Assembly: GCF_006345805.1 (NCBI RefSeq)
Contig: NC_043016.1
Span: 31,992,001 to 32,056,000, forward strand
Origin: Octopus sinensis
Lineage: Eukaryota
Direction of reading: 5' to 3'
DNA: 64,000 bases
In this document: piece after piece, positions 12,660-24,475 of the stretch
Position numbering within the stretch: position 1 is the stretch's first letter
Layout of the letters: every line of letters starts with the position of its first letter
Translations under genes and position numbers: made by a program
Notes under the pieces: model-generated
The model's database searches: none
Told to the model about the DNA's origin: nothing
The model's input: only the letters and a program-made list of their open reading frames with translations

Positions 12660-14000
12660 ACTCTGCAGCCAGGAAGTCAAGGTAAGATCGAGTCTTACCT
12701 AATTTCCCGTCTGTAGTCTACTGTTTGGTCAATGATGGAACCCAGTAGTTTGGACTTGCTGACTGGCATCATGTCATGAACTGCTCTGGATTTCTGCTAT
12801 CAGCCATGGTCTTCTTTGGTGCTGATCTCAAGTTGAAACGTGCTAACTTTGTCGATCAGTTCCTGGAGTTCATTTGGAAAAGTAGCAATCTGCAGTGTCA
12901 TTAGCATAACAACAAAAGTTATACAGCTGCTGCTTGTGGATTCAAATAAGATCATCTGCTAACCCCTCTTCATTATCTCTTAGTAATAGTGGACAAAGCA
13001 GACATGTGAAACATGACACCCTTGTTGATCTCCCTTGCTGATGCTAAGTTTGCATTCTATTCCAATAACTGCTTGCTGACCACTGTACAGTCTGTGCCAT
13101 AAGTTAACTGCTGGACCTTCATCATGTGTAATGACTCTCTTGTCGTGGAATGCTAGACTCAGTTATAAGCTTTTGTTTATATAGTTTATGAATGCCGTGT
13201 ACAGTGGAACATTATGTTTGCTGGCTTTTTGGATGAGATTCTTGATATTAAGACCTGGTCCCTCATGCTCACCCCTTTATGAAACTCCATTCACACTTCT
13301 GTAGACTGTTCTTCAGTAATCCATTCCATCCCGTTTGGCAGAATTTCCAGCAACATCTTGCTTTTGCTGCTATGGTGCAGTGTTCCGAGCATTCAACTGT
13401 GTCTTCTTCAGCCTTAGGTAGTTCAACTAAGTCTGCTTGCCTGCAGTCTGCTGGCTGTTTGCCTATCTCACAGATATTATTACACGACTTGGTGAGAACT
13501 TTTGTCATCATGTTGTTTGTTGTCTGTAACTCTGCAGGAAGGTCATTACCACTTACTGCTTTGTTATTGGGTTGGTGCCAAATTACTTCCCTCACTTCCT
13601 CTTTCAGAATTTATAGCATGCAGTGCAGTATGTTACTGCTACAGTTACAGTTTGAATCGGCAAAGTCCTGGACATCCTGATAGTATTCTTCCTACCTTCT
13701 CAGAATATCCTTCAAGTCTGTTAGCTCTCTTCATACTTAATGTTGCATTGTTTGGTTGGAAATTTTTTTCTAAATTTTTTTTTTTATGACAGAATTGCCT
13801 ATTGTTGTGTTATGGTGAAAATCTTCTTTTTCTCTACACTGCCTTTCCAACCATTAGGCCCTTTCCTGCCTAGATTGGTATTGTTTTGCTCTGTGAGATG
13901 CTTCATATCTCTGCTTAGTCTCTTCTAAAGAAAATTGTGTAGTCCTGAATGAGTGCCTCCTGTCCAATAGTCTCTAACAACTCGTTATAGCAATGTTCCA
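12660..14000 (-). pseudogene. Degenerate RTE-like LINE RT of a second family
   Basis: ORF 13269-13595 (KAVSGNDLPAEL...LVELPK...ECSEHCTIA) resembles RT domains 0/1. Downstream QGCHVS and YAND-like remnants. Confidence 0.7.
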
Positions 14001-15659
14001 TTCCAAACAATTATGAAATTTGTTAAATTCCATGGCTTTGCAGGTTGTCTTAAGACATCAAGATTAAGCTTTATCTCTCTAATTCTGTTTTCTCTTCTAT
14101 GCAGTACTTGTGATAAAAAGGTTGTTGTGGCAGCAGACAAGGTATTTCCTTGTGTGGTTCCGAGTTCCCTGACTCTAATGCCCTCCACTAAGGACTTCTC
14201 TCCTACAATGATACTAAACCCTGCTGCAACTATCACAATATCTCGGCTTGGGCCAATATCTCAGCTTGGGCAGCCATAGTGGGTGTCTTGCACAAAGCAA
14301 TAGTAAGACCCCATCTCTTCATCTGTTTTGTTGTAGGTGAATAAACCTGGATCAAAGAGAGATTGAATGGTGGAGCCTTTCAAATATGCATAGACACCCA
14401 ATTATTGACTACTTTTTAGGAGATTCAGCTCTTTGTGGCATTCTTAGAGTGGACTACACCGCTAGCTCTGTACCAATTCCTTTCAGAATAATGAGCTAGC
14501 TTGACCTAGTGTGCCTGGTTTCTGTCAAATGCATTGTTTCATTTCCTCACCACTTGTGTCTTGCAGAAGATGAGATACGTGGCTTCCCCAGTTGGCAAAA
14601 GAGAGAAATGAGGTAATCAGGGTGTGCACTCAGGCTACAAGGTTCTCATCTGGTGTCCATATAAGATTTTCTTGTTAAAAATTATGAATGCTATTCTTCT
14701 ACAATATTTTAACAATGTTTTTAAAAGCAATTCCTAATATTTAATTATAAAAATACAATAGGAGTTTTTTGACATTGAATGGCTTTGAGGGTCCACACAT
14801 GCAAAATAAGAATCAGTAGGGTCCACTGGACAAAAATGGTTGAGAACCACTTACAAAAAAAATAGAAAAGTTGTATGGTAAGTTCTCAAGTGTGTGAGAG
14901 GAGAGCGATACATGGTTGGAGATGGGAGTAGAGGTGGATATAGTGAATGGAGCACTCAAGTGGAGGTGTGATCAATAGTAACTTATCACTTTTGTGACAG
15001 GGTTGAAGGAAATATGATTGAGTCAAGTAGGAGGAGGTGGATGGAGGTAATAAGGGGCTCTAGTGAAGAGACAAAGTGTAGGTGAATAAACAGTATCATT
15101 TTACAGTACTTGAATGAATAGTGTTTTAGCTAGTAGGGTGATTTTAGGATTGACAGAGTATCCTTTTTTGGACATGACCCTTTTTTTTTTTTTTTTTGCT
15201 GAGCTGAAATGGTTCTGCTCAAGCATAACAAATTGCCAATCATCTGGGTCTTCTGTTTTGTCCTTTGTGAGGCTCATCATTTCAAAATCAGCTTTGACTA
15301 CTTGTCTCACATCGTCCAGGGTCTCCTTCTTCTATAGATTCTGTCCCTGTTTAGCAATCATCACTTTTTTATGCAGCTGTCTTGTCTCCACTAGCATTTA
15401 AACAATCTCACTAGACTCTCCTTTCATTTTACCAATATTGATCGTGGGGGTTCTGGGCTCTGAGGTTTTGGACCTTCTGAAAACTCTTGCCAGCAGGCAG
15501 TGAGCTCTTGTACATGTTTGATGAAACAGGTATTTGTTAATCAATGAATTACTATTTGCCAAACTTTTAAGGACAAGCATATATATGTATATTTCTCCCC
15601 CTGCCTCACCTCTCCCCCCCCTCTCTCTTTGTATATGTATATATATTTACACACACACA

Positions 15660-15903
15660 TTCTTGTTTCAGTCATGCTGGAGTACCTCCTTTACTTGAAC
15701 AAATCTACCCTAGGACTTATTCTTTGTAAACCTAGTATTTATTCTGTCGGTCTCTTCTGCCGAACCACTAAGTTACAGGGATGTAAACACACCAACATTG
15801 GTTGTCAAACGATGGTCACTCTCACATATATATGATGGGTTTCCTTCAGTTTCCATCTATGTACAAAATCCACTCACAAGGCTTTGGTCTGCCCGAGGCT
15901 ATA

Positions 15904-15905
<2 letters not shown>
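15660..15905 (-). mobile_element. Major SINE (partial)
   Basis: Reverse complement of the SINE tail and body. Confidence 0.8.
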
Positions 15906-15938
<33 letters not shown>

Positions 15939-16084
15939 TAAATAATCTTTCACTCATATAGGCACTTTCTTGGCACCCCTACCATCTGAAACTCAATCAA
16001 CCAGTGATTAATCCTCTAGAAACATCTAAGCAACAATGCTATGTTTTGATGAAAAATTATCATTATTGTTTTTATTCTTTGCAG

Positions 16085-16159
16085 CTCTTCAGCTCCCACT
16101 TGGGAAGACTGTGATGCATCTAGTAGCAAGAGAAAACTTACCTGAACCAAATAACCAGG
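16085..16159 (+). CDS. UBL3: UBL3 penultimate coding exon, (A)LQLPLGKTVMHLVARENLPEPNNQ(G)
   Basis: Polypyrimidine tract + ttgcag acceptor, donor G|gtatgt, 75 nt, phase 1-1. Translation matches the recalled UBL3 segment ALKLPFGKTTVMHLVARETLPEPNSQG. Confidence 0.95.
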
Positions 16160-16401
16160 GTATGTATCTTTATTTCATTTATCTCAGATTTAGCATGGCT
16201 CTTCTAGTATGGCATATCAATTTTGATTCACTTTGTTGTTTTGAAAGTATATTTATATAGTTATTATGAAGTAAATCAGTTGATTTGCCTTTACTGATCA
16301 TCTTCCACACCAGAAGTGTTAAAGGTCACTCCTCACTGGTGAAGAGGATCATCCTGCAAAATAGTTGTGCTAGTGCCGCATTAAAATCACTCATCACACT
16401 G

Positions 16402-17690
16402 TAAAGTGGTTGGCACTAGGAAGGGCATCCAGCTGTAGAAACCAAGCCAAATCAGACTGGAACCTTGGGCAGCTCTCCATCATGCCAGCTCTAGCACTCA
16501 GCACACACTATAAAGTAGTTGGCACTAGGAAGGGCATCCAGCTGTAGAAACCAAGCCAAATCAGACTGGAACCTTGGGCAGCTCTCCATCATGCCAGCTC
16601 TAGCACTCAGCACACACTATAAAGTAGTTGGCACTAGGAAGGGCATCCAGCTGTAGAAACCAAGCCAAATCAGACTGGAACCTTGGGCAGCTCTCCATCA
16701 TGCCAGCTCTAGCACTCAGCACACACTATAAAGTAGTTGGCACTAGGAAGGGCATTCAGCTGTAGAAACCAAGCCAAATCAGACTGGAACCTTGTGCAGC
16801 TCTCCAGCTTGCCACCTCTAGCACTCAGCACACACTATAAAGTGGTTGGCACTAGGAAGGGCATCCAGCTGTAGAAACCAAGCCAAATCAGATTGGAACC
16901 TGGTGCAGCTCTCCATCATGCCAGCTCTAGCACTCAGCACACACTATAAAGTGGTTGGCACTAGGAAGGGCATCCAGCTGTAGAAACCAAGCCAAATCAG
17001 ATTGGAACCTTGTGCAGCTCTCCAGCTTGCCACCTCTAGCACTCAGCACACACTATAAAGTGGTTGGCACTAGGAAGGGCATTCAGCTGTAGAAACCAAG
17101 CCAAATCAGACTGGAACCTTGTGCAGCTCTCAACCTTGCCACCTCTAGCACTCAGCACACACTATAAAGTGGTTGGCACTAGGAAGGGCATTCAGCTGTA
17201 GAAACCAAGCCAAATCAGATTGGAACCTTGTGCAGCTCTCCAGCTTGCCACCTCTAGCACTCAGCACACACTATAAAGTGGTTGGCACTAGGAAGGGCAT
17301 CCAGCTGTAGAAACCAAGCCAAATCAGACTGGAACCTGGTGCAGCTCTCAACCTTGCCACCTCTAGCACTCAGCACACACTATAAAGTGGTTGGCACTAG
17401 GAAGGGCATTCAGCTGTAGAAACCAAGCCAAATCAGACTGGAACCTTGTGCAGCTCTCCAGCTTGCCACCTCTAGCACTCAGCACACACTATAAAGTGGT
17501 TGGCACTAGGAAGGGCATCCAGCTGTAGAAACCAAGCCAAATCAGATTGGAACCTGGTGCAGCTCTCCATCATGCCAGCTCTAGCACTCAGCACACACTA
17601 TAAAGTGGTTGGCACTAGGAAGGGCATCCAGCTGTAGAAACCAAGCCAAATCAGACTGGAACCTGGTGCAGCTCTCCAGCTTGCCAACTC
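16402..17690 (+). repeat. Minisatellite, 12 x 109 bp, derived from the RTE 3'UTR
   Basis: TAAAGT unit starts at 16402, 16511, 16620, 16729, 16838, 16947, 17056, 17165, 17274, 17383, 17492 and 17601. The unit contains AGGAAGGGCATCCAGCTGTAGAAAC. Confidence 0.97.
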
Positions 17691-18019
17691 AGGTCAAACT
17701 GTTCAACCCATACCAGCATTGAGGTTTTATGTAAAAATAAAGATGTTTACAGCCTAAAAATAAAATGTATTGGAATACCATCATCATTATCTGTTTAATG
17801 TCCACTTTTCCATACTCACATCGGTTGGTCAGAAATTTTTAAGGTAGATATTTTTTACAGCTGGATGCCCTTCCTGTCACCAACCCTCACTTGTTTCCTG
17901 GCATGGTAATATTTCATCACAACCAGACACAAGACTGGAAGTGAATAGCACCATTTGCATGATAGTGACACTCATTTACAAGTAGCATGCACTGTGAAGG
18001 CAAGGAAACAGTAATACAC

Positions 18020-18190
18020 ATGTTACAGGCTTCTTTCAGTTTCCATCTAACTAACTCCACTCACAAGACTTTGGTCGGCCAGGTGCTACAGTAGGAAACA
18101 TTTTCCCCAAATTGGAACACAGAGGGACTGAGCCCACAACATATGTGTGTCGAGAAGCAAACTTCTTTCCACACAGCCACGCCTGCGCCT
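18020..18190 (-). mobile_element. Major SINE 5' half
   Basis: Ends CACACAGCCACGCCTGCGCCT, the reverse complement of the SINE head. Confidence 0.75.
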
Positions 18191-18841
18191 CAGTAGTAAG
18201 AATATTTAAAACATAATTTAAGAAATGTTGTTTTCAAGAGATATTCATTTTGATGCAGACTTTTAGTTTCATTGCTGTTTTTTGAACATGTTGGTTATGA
18301 AACTGATGCTCAAAGGGATCTGTTTACTCTATTTCTTTCTTTCCCTTCCTCCCTCCCTAACCTGCTGGAAATTAGAAGTTAATAAAAATTCTGTGGCATT
18401 AAAACAACACTCAGTCAACTTTACTAGGGTTTAACATTGGCAAATAATATACTTGGCTGCTTGGGCTATAAATGCTAGCAATGATACACTTTGAAAACAT
18501 AAGTGTGCCCTTGGCCATTGATCTCACAGGCGTTACTCTTCCCAGCAACATGTGAGTGACTCTATTAGTCAGTGGATGATTTAAAAACATTTTTTTTTTC
18601 TCTAAAACCATGCATTATAATGCTACTTAGAGTGCTTCACTTAAAACCATCTGTCAGATGACTTTTGGGTGCTACACCTTACCAAAGAGCCATCTGTATT
18701 TGGTCCTATCTTGTCATAAAGTTGTGTATGTAAGAGAGGGTAAAGCATGTCTTTGTGTGCATACATATTTCTATGTGTATATATGTACATTTCTGTATAT
18801 ATCATTATTATAATAAATTTTGTTTTGTATTGTTCTTGCAG

Positions 18842-18903
18842 GACAATTGAAAAAGGATAAAAATGGAGAAAGTGCATGTAGTAACTGTTGTATTATACTT
18901 TGA
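18842..18903 (+). CDS. UBL3: UBL3 terminal coding exon, (G)QLKKDKNGESACSNCCIIL*
   Basis: Acceptor ttgttcttgcag, phase 1 joins in frame with the previous exon. Ends in CCIIL-TGA, matching the UBL3 C-terminal CAAX box (human SNCCVIL). Confidence 0.95.
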
Positions 18904-19368
18904 CCAAACCATATTGGTTGGTAAAAAAACTGGAAAAATGAAAAAAGTCATCATTGACTTATTAGCACCAGCTTGGTTAGTCAGGGACTGGGGATGATAT
19001 TCATTTTTCTTATTGGAATACACTATCACCATACACCAGAAATCAAAAAGCAAGGAACTGCATGAAGAAACATTTAAATTGTGAAAGCAAGCATATCTGA
19101 TGACTGAGAATACTTTAGTTATTCAAATTCTTCGTTCTCCCGAACTTGTGACTCTTATGAACACATTCTTTCCAAGACAAAAAAAAAAAACAAAAACAAA
19201 AGAAAAGGATTTAGTTTTCTGTGAAGAACCAGCATTGATGTATTTGTATCGCCTCATGATAGAAGGGCATGATGGAAATACGGGAAGTGTGGTGACTGAG
19301 AATTGCAGCAGCTGAGATGTTTGGAGAAAAAAAAAATAATCCAATGTCCCTTTAAAGATATATATATA

Positions 19369-19425
<57 letters not shown>

Positions 19426-19930
19426 CGTGTGTGTCTGTGTGCATGTATCTGAACGTGTATGTTTATGCATCCGTGTATGTGTGTGTGAAATACATGTGAA
19501 TATAAATGTGTGTGTATGTACAAGTGTGCATGTGTATAACACAGACTACAGAATTTGGCGGTGGGGGTGGGGGAGGGGGACAAAAAGGCAAGATAGAAAA
19601 ATTATAAAGGGGGAAAAATACAAAAACAAAAACTGACACCAAACTAAATTAATTTGGCTGTGAAAAAGCTGGAGTACAATCTTCATCTTACAATAAACCT
19701 TTTTCTCCTTTTTTTTTTTTTTCATTTCTTTTTTTATGTAAGATTAAAAGGTTTCATTTGGGGATTTGTAAATTTTCCAAATTACCTCAGCCACTTTCTC
19801 ACTTACTGCCATAAATTCATCTAAAAATGGTAGCATGCAGATCCAAACTTGACAAAACCGGTTTACAGCTTCATCAGTCTTATATGTATATAAACATATA
19901 TACATACATACATGTTTGTGTGTATATATT

Positions 19931-19963
<33 letters not shown>

Positions 19964-21480
19964 ATATATATGTATGTATATGTATGTATGTATGTATGTA
20001 TATATATATATGTATTGAAAATAAATAACACAAAGATTCTATCATCAGGGATCACTATGTTGATCTTGCTATCTAAGAAACCTGTTACAAGATGTCATTG
20101 TAACCTTGCTCATTATGTACATGAACCTGTACAACTATATTAGATATGCAATTTTTTTAGCTCGGGTATGACTCTACTGTTTGCCTGAGTCAGTTATTGC
20201 ATGGCGATGGATGTGTGGAAAAAAGAAAAAAATTTTTAAAAATATAAAAAATGATGCGTGTACAGCTTTCTGAATTAACTCAGTGTAATGTTTGTCTGAT
20301 GGCTTGCCTAATGTTATCATGTAAAGTTCTTTACACAAAGTTTAATATATAAAAAAAATAAAATAAAAATAAACAAAAAATCCAAACAAACAAAACAAAC
20401 AATTTTGCTTGACCTATCAAAGGTTAATATTTATTAATCATCTGAAACATTTTTCACCATCTGATCTGTTTTGTCACATGAAGACCATTCCTATGCCTAG
20501 TTTGCAAACTTCAGTAGCCTATTACTATTGAAAAGTTTCTAATATAAAAATAAAACACAACTAGTAAAAGGAAAACAACCTACTCTTTGTTATATAAGAA
20601 AAAGAATATATATATGTATATATATATCTATATACATATATCTATATATATCTATATATCTATATGCATATATATATATATATATCTATATACATATATA
20701 TCTATATATATATATATCTATATATATATATATATATATTTATGACTAGCACCATAAAAATATAATGAACCTAATCAAAAAGGGACAGAAAGTTATGTGC
20801 ACCCATGTACATTTCTTAAACACCTAGTTTATTGAAATTATTACAAGCATCTTCAATAAGTAAGGGACTGTTGGCTATCCATGGCATTTACCATTTGTAT
20901 TCATTCATTGTCATCATTTCAGGTATTATATATAACTGGTGACGTATTCATTTAACAGAAAGAAAGAATATAAATACCAAATAAAATTTAAAACATTAAC
21001 TTGGTTTATACATATAATTTCAATTTTTTTTACATATATACATCCATATATTTCCTTTATTCTTCAGTATTTCATATGTTTTTTTTTTAATTCTCAATTT
21101 AGATTTTTTTAAATTAGATTATTCTGTTGTGCAAGCCAACCAAGATTGAAATAAGTGGGGATATTAGTTAAGATTTTAACTCATTAAAGACTTTTTAAAA
21201 ATTTATATATATATTTCCTTTGTTAATAAAATGTAATTTGGGGATTTTTTTTTCTAGTCCTGATGCTGCCTTTCAGATTATTTTCTTTATATACCTATCT
21301 ATAAAATACTGAGTAAAAAAAATAATAAAACTACCTTCATACACATTACAGTTAGGCTTTTGCTAATCTTTATGATTAAGGAATGAAATTTAGTGCAGAG
21401 TACTTAACTTTTCTCTGAAACACTATGTATTGTTATGCTTTTTTTATGTAAATAAAATGGATAAAATAGAATTTAAAAAT
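18904..21480 (+). other. UBL3: Putative long UBL3 3'UTR
   Basis: AT-rich, no recognisable SINE/LINE over ~2.6 kb. AATAAA at 19692 (followed by a T-rich tract) and at 21451. The end position is uncertain. Confidence 0.5.
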
Positions 21481-21960
21481 TGCTTTGTGCTTTTGATTAA
21501 TAGGCATCATACCTGTGAGTATATTTGTATGTATATATATATATATATAAAATAGACAAGCTTTTTTTTTTTTTTTTGGAGTGGTTTATAAGCACAGAAA
21601 TGTGTAAAGGGTAATTTGTCCAATGTTTCTGCTGTTCTAACATTATCTCTGTTTGGAAATAAGTTGTCTTGTGTGTATATATATGTGTGTGTGTATATGC
21701 ATCATCATCATCATCATCATCATTGTTTAGCGTCCGTTTTCCATGCTAGCATGGGTTATATGTATATATATATATGTATATGTGTGTGTATGTCTATATA
21801 TGTGTATATATATATGTATTATGTATGTATAAGTGTCTATATATATATATAATGTATATATTATATATGTGTGTGTGTGTGTGTATATATCAGTGCTCCA
21901 GCATGGCCACAGTCAAATGACTGAAACAAGTAAAAGAGTAAAGAGAGTATATGTATATTT

Positions 21961-22243
21961 ATAATAATGATAATCATTCTTGGATGGAATTATAAACATT
22001 TAATGCATCGCTATGCACGTTTTGCGAATCACATGTCTCTTAAGCTTACAGTCCATATTCCTGGGATGATTACAGTGTAGTCCATAGTATCTTTGGACAT
22101 CAGACAGATTATCTTCATGGATTCATTTCTTCAGGTGATACAACATTAATGAATGTTTAACTGTTTTTTTAATCCCTTTTGACCAGCAAGGAGGTTGATT
22201 AAATGAAATGTTTATAAATCCCATCCAAGGATTATTGTTATTA
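21961..22243 (-). repeat. Foldback element enclosing a decayed hammerhead-like motif (22005-22141)
   Basis: Inverted arms 21976-22004 / 22203-22232. The - strand reads GTATCAC CTGAAGA ..long stem II.. AAAA CGTGCA TA GCGATGC. Confidence 0.6.
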
Positions 22244-22357
22244 TCACTATATTTATCCCCAGAAAGTGGTTCACCGGTCAGTGTCATAAGATGTGGCTGG
22301 CATAATCAAAATGTTTCCTGTAAACAGATGTAACACATATATATATAAAGGAGAATG

Positions 22358-22461
22358 AAGAATTTGAACATTCAAATTTCATTTTTATTTCTGGTTAGTT
22401 GAACAATTATTATGAATAAACTAACTGGAAATAGACATAAAGTTTGAATGTTCAAATTCTT
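22358..22461. repeat. Imperfect hairpin with ~43-bp arms
   Basis: AAGAATTTGAACATTCAAA...TTAGTT / AACTAA...TTTGAATGTTCAAATTCTT. Confidence 0.85.
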
Positions 22462-22914
22462 TGTTATCAATATTGTACTTTTCACTCTTAAGTAGCCAAG
22501 AAATAAAATGAATATCAGATGGGACCTAAAGGACAATTACCAAAAAACCCAGAAGGAACCAGCCTTGGCTTTTTATTCCATATCTGCCTGGATATCCCTT
22601 CTCTTACTATACATATTTATGTATATATATATGTGTGTGTGTATTTGAAAGTCTATAAGTGTAAAGGTGACTTAAAAAAAAATTAGTTTTTAAAAAAATG
22701 TTATGAAATCTGTTATGAGTATGTTTACTAACCTTTTTCGGGAAGAAGATTTTTTGTAGTATGTGAGCGCTTTCGTTAAACCTTTTCAAACACACGTGCT
22801 CTTAAAGAGGAATTTATTTTTGTGGTAGTGGTAGTATTATTACAGGTTTATTTTCAGACTTATGGTTTTGGTCATAAATATTCTTTTACCATTGTTTATT
22901 ATATGTGGTGTTGG

Positions 22915-23095
22915 CTATTTTCGGTTTAATTTTGGATTTAGAATTCTTATAAAGTATTCTTCTTTTGCCTTTCATAGTCTTCATCATTTATTTTGTAATA
23001 TTTTCATCTTTTATTTTGTAAAATGGGAATATTTAAAATTTGCCATTTGCACAAATATCTAGATGTTCACTGCATGGGACATTCCTAAGAGGGGA
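22915..23095 (-). pseudogene. Penelope-like element GIY-YIG endonuclease C-terminal remnant
   Basis: RNVPCSEHLDICANGKF*IFPFYKIKDENI...KAKEEYFIRILNPKLNR fits the H...R..KE..FI...P.LN end of Penelope ORFs. Confidence 0.7.
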
Positions 23096-23164
23096 ACACC
23101 TAATTTGTTTATGCCCATTTACACAGCTAATCAGTTTATATATGTATATATATATATATATATA

Positions 23165-23462
23165 TTCTTTCACTTGTTTCAGTCATTTGAGCACTGCCTT
23201 TAGTCGAACAAATCGATCCCAGGATTTATTCTTTCTAAGCCTAGTGCTTTTTCTATCAATCTCTTTTGCCAAACTGCTAAGTTACAGGGACATAAGCACA
23301 CCATCATCAGTTCTCAAGCGATGTTTGTTGGGGTCGGAACAAAGACAGACACACACACACTCATATATATGATGGGCTTCTTTCAGTTTCTGTCTACCAA
23401 ATCCACTCACAAGGCTTTGGTTGGCCCAATGCTATAGTAAAAGACACTTGCCCACAGTGCCA
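23165..23462 (-). mobile_element. Major SINE
   Basis: Reverse complement of the tail, body and core. Confidence 0.8.
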
Positions 23463-23511
23463 CACACACACACACATATATATACACATAAATATACATA
23501 TATACATACAC

Positions 23512-23547
<36 letters not shown>

Positions 23548-24475
23548 ATATATACAAACATGTATATAAATACATAGTGAAAGTATTATTTCACATTATA
23601 ATAGAGATGTTATTGTTTCACTTTTGACATGTAATACTGAAATAGTGTAAGAGATAGGATTGCTCTGGGCTTGCATTAGGCAAGAGGTTGAAAATGATTT
23701 TGGCCCATGACACTGCATGGACCCTAAGTAAGGCATGTATAAAATTCGAATGAAATTGGTTGGGTAGTTTTCAAGTTTTAGTAATGTGCACATACAGACA
23801 TTCTCAGTTATTTATATATATAAACACAAAGACACTTCAGATCATGATATCAGCTATGTATAATGATCTTTTAAAGCAGAAAAGACTAAAGACTATTTGT
23901 CTTTATATCATATGTTTGTGTTTTGTTGTTCATTGTGTACATACACACAGGTAGTTGCCTGCAACATGTGTCTCTAGTTTTCATCTATATAGACAGAATT
24001 CTTAACCATAACTTAATGACAGGTGAAGAACCCTGTTTTTATGAAGTTAAAGCATAAATAAAACTCGTGTTAAATATTGTGAATAAACACTGTTTGTGTA
24101 TATACACGTGTGTATATATAAAGCTTTTTAATTTCAAAGAAATAGCTTTGTATTTAAAAAACAAGTTACTTTTTGGTCATTTAAAAGAAAGAAAAATTAT
24201 GATGCTGAATTCCTTTACTTGAGATTTTCGTCCTTTTTTTTTATCTATTTTTTTTTTTCTACTTTTTATGGAAATGTATACCTTATCTTTTAATAAGACA
24301 AATACTCTTATAATATTTAAGCATTGTTAGATGTTGAATCTCTGTAAACTGTTTTGAATCATTGACTGAAAGTTAAAGTATGATATTCATACAGGTGGTA
24401 GAGAGCATGCAACCAGCAGAGTTGACCTGTCTGCTTTAGTTTAATATTCTATTGTTTCAGTTCTCTACTTGTATA

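Noticed and set aside
1-16084. Upstream UBL3 exons (INLRLIL, LIYQGRFLHGNVTL)
   Set aside because: Not found by eye. They probably lie left of the window, though a missed short exon cannot be excluded.
16036-16260. 74-aa ORF as a standalone gene
   Set aside because: Only 16085-16159 is the UBL3 exon; the flanks are intron read-through.
16402-17690. CRISPR-like array
   Set aside because: The whole 109-bp unit repeats with no unique spacers and no cas genes; the unit is LINE 3'UTR sequence.
19100-19315. 71-aa ORF after the UBL3 stop
   Set aside because: No recognisable homology, crosses an A-homopolymer, and lies in the presumed 3'UTR.
22285-22318. Possible minus-strand terminal exon (tttacag|GAAACATTTTG...)
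   Set aside because: All frames stop within ~45 nt, no partner exons were found, and it adjoins a foldback repeat.
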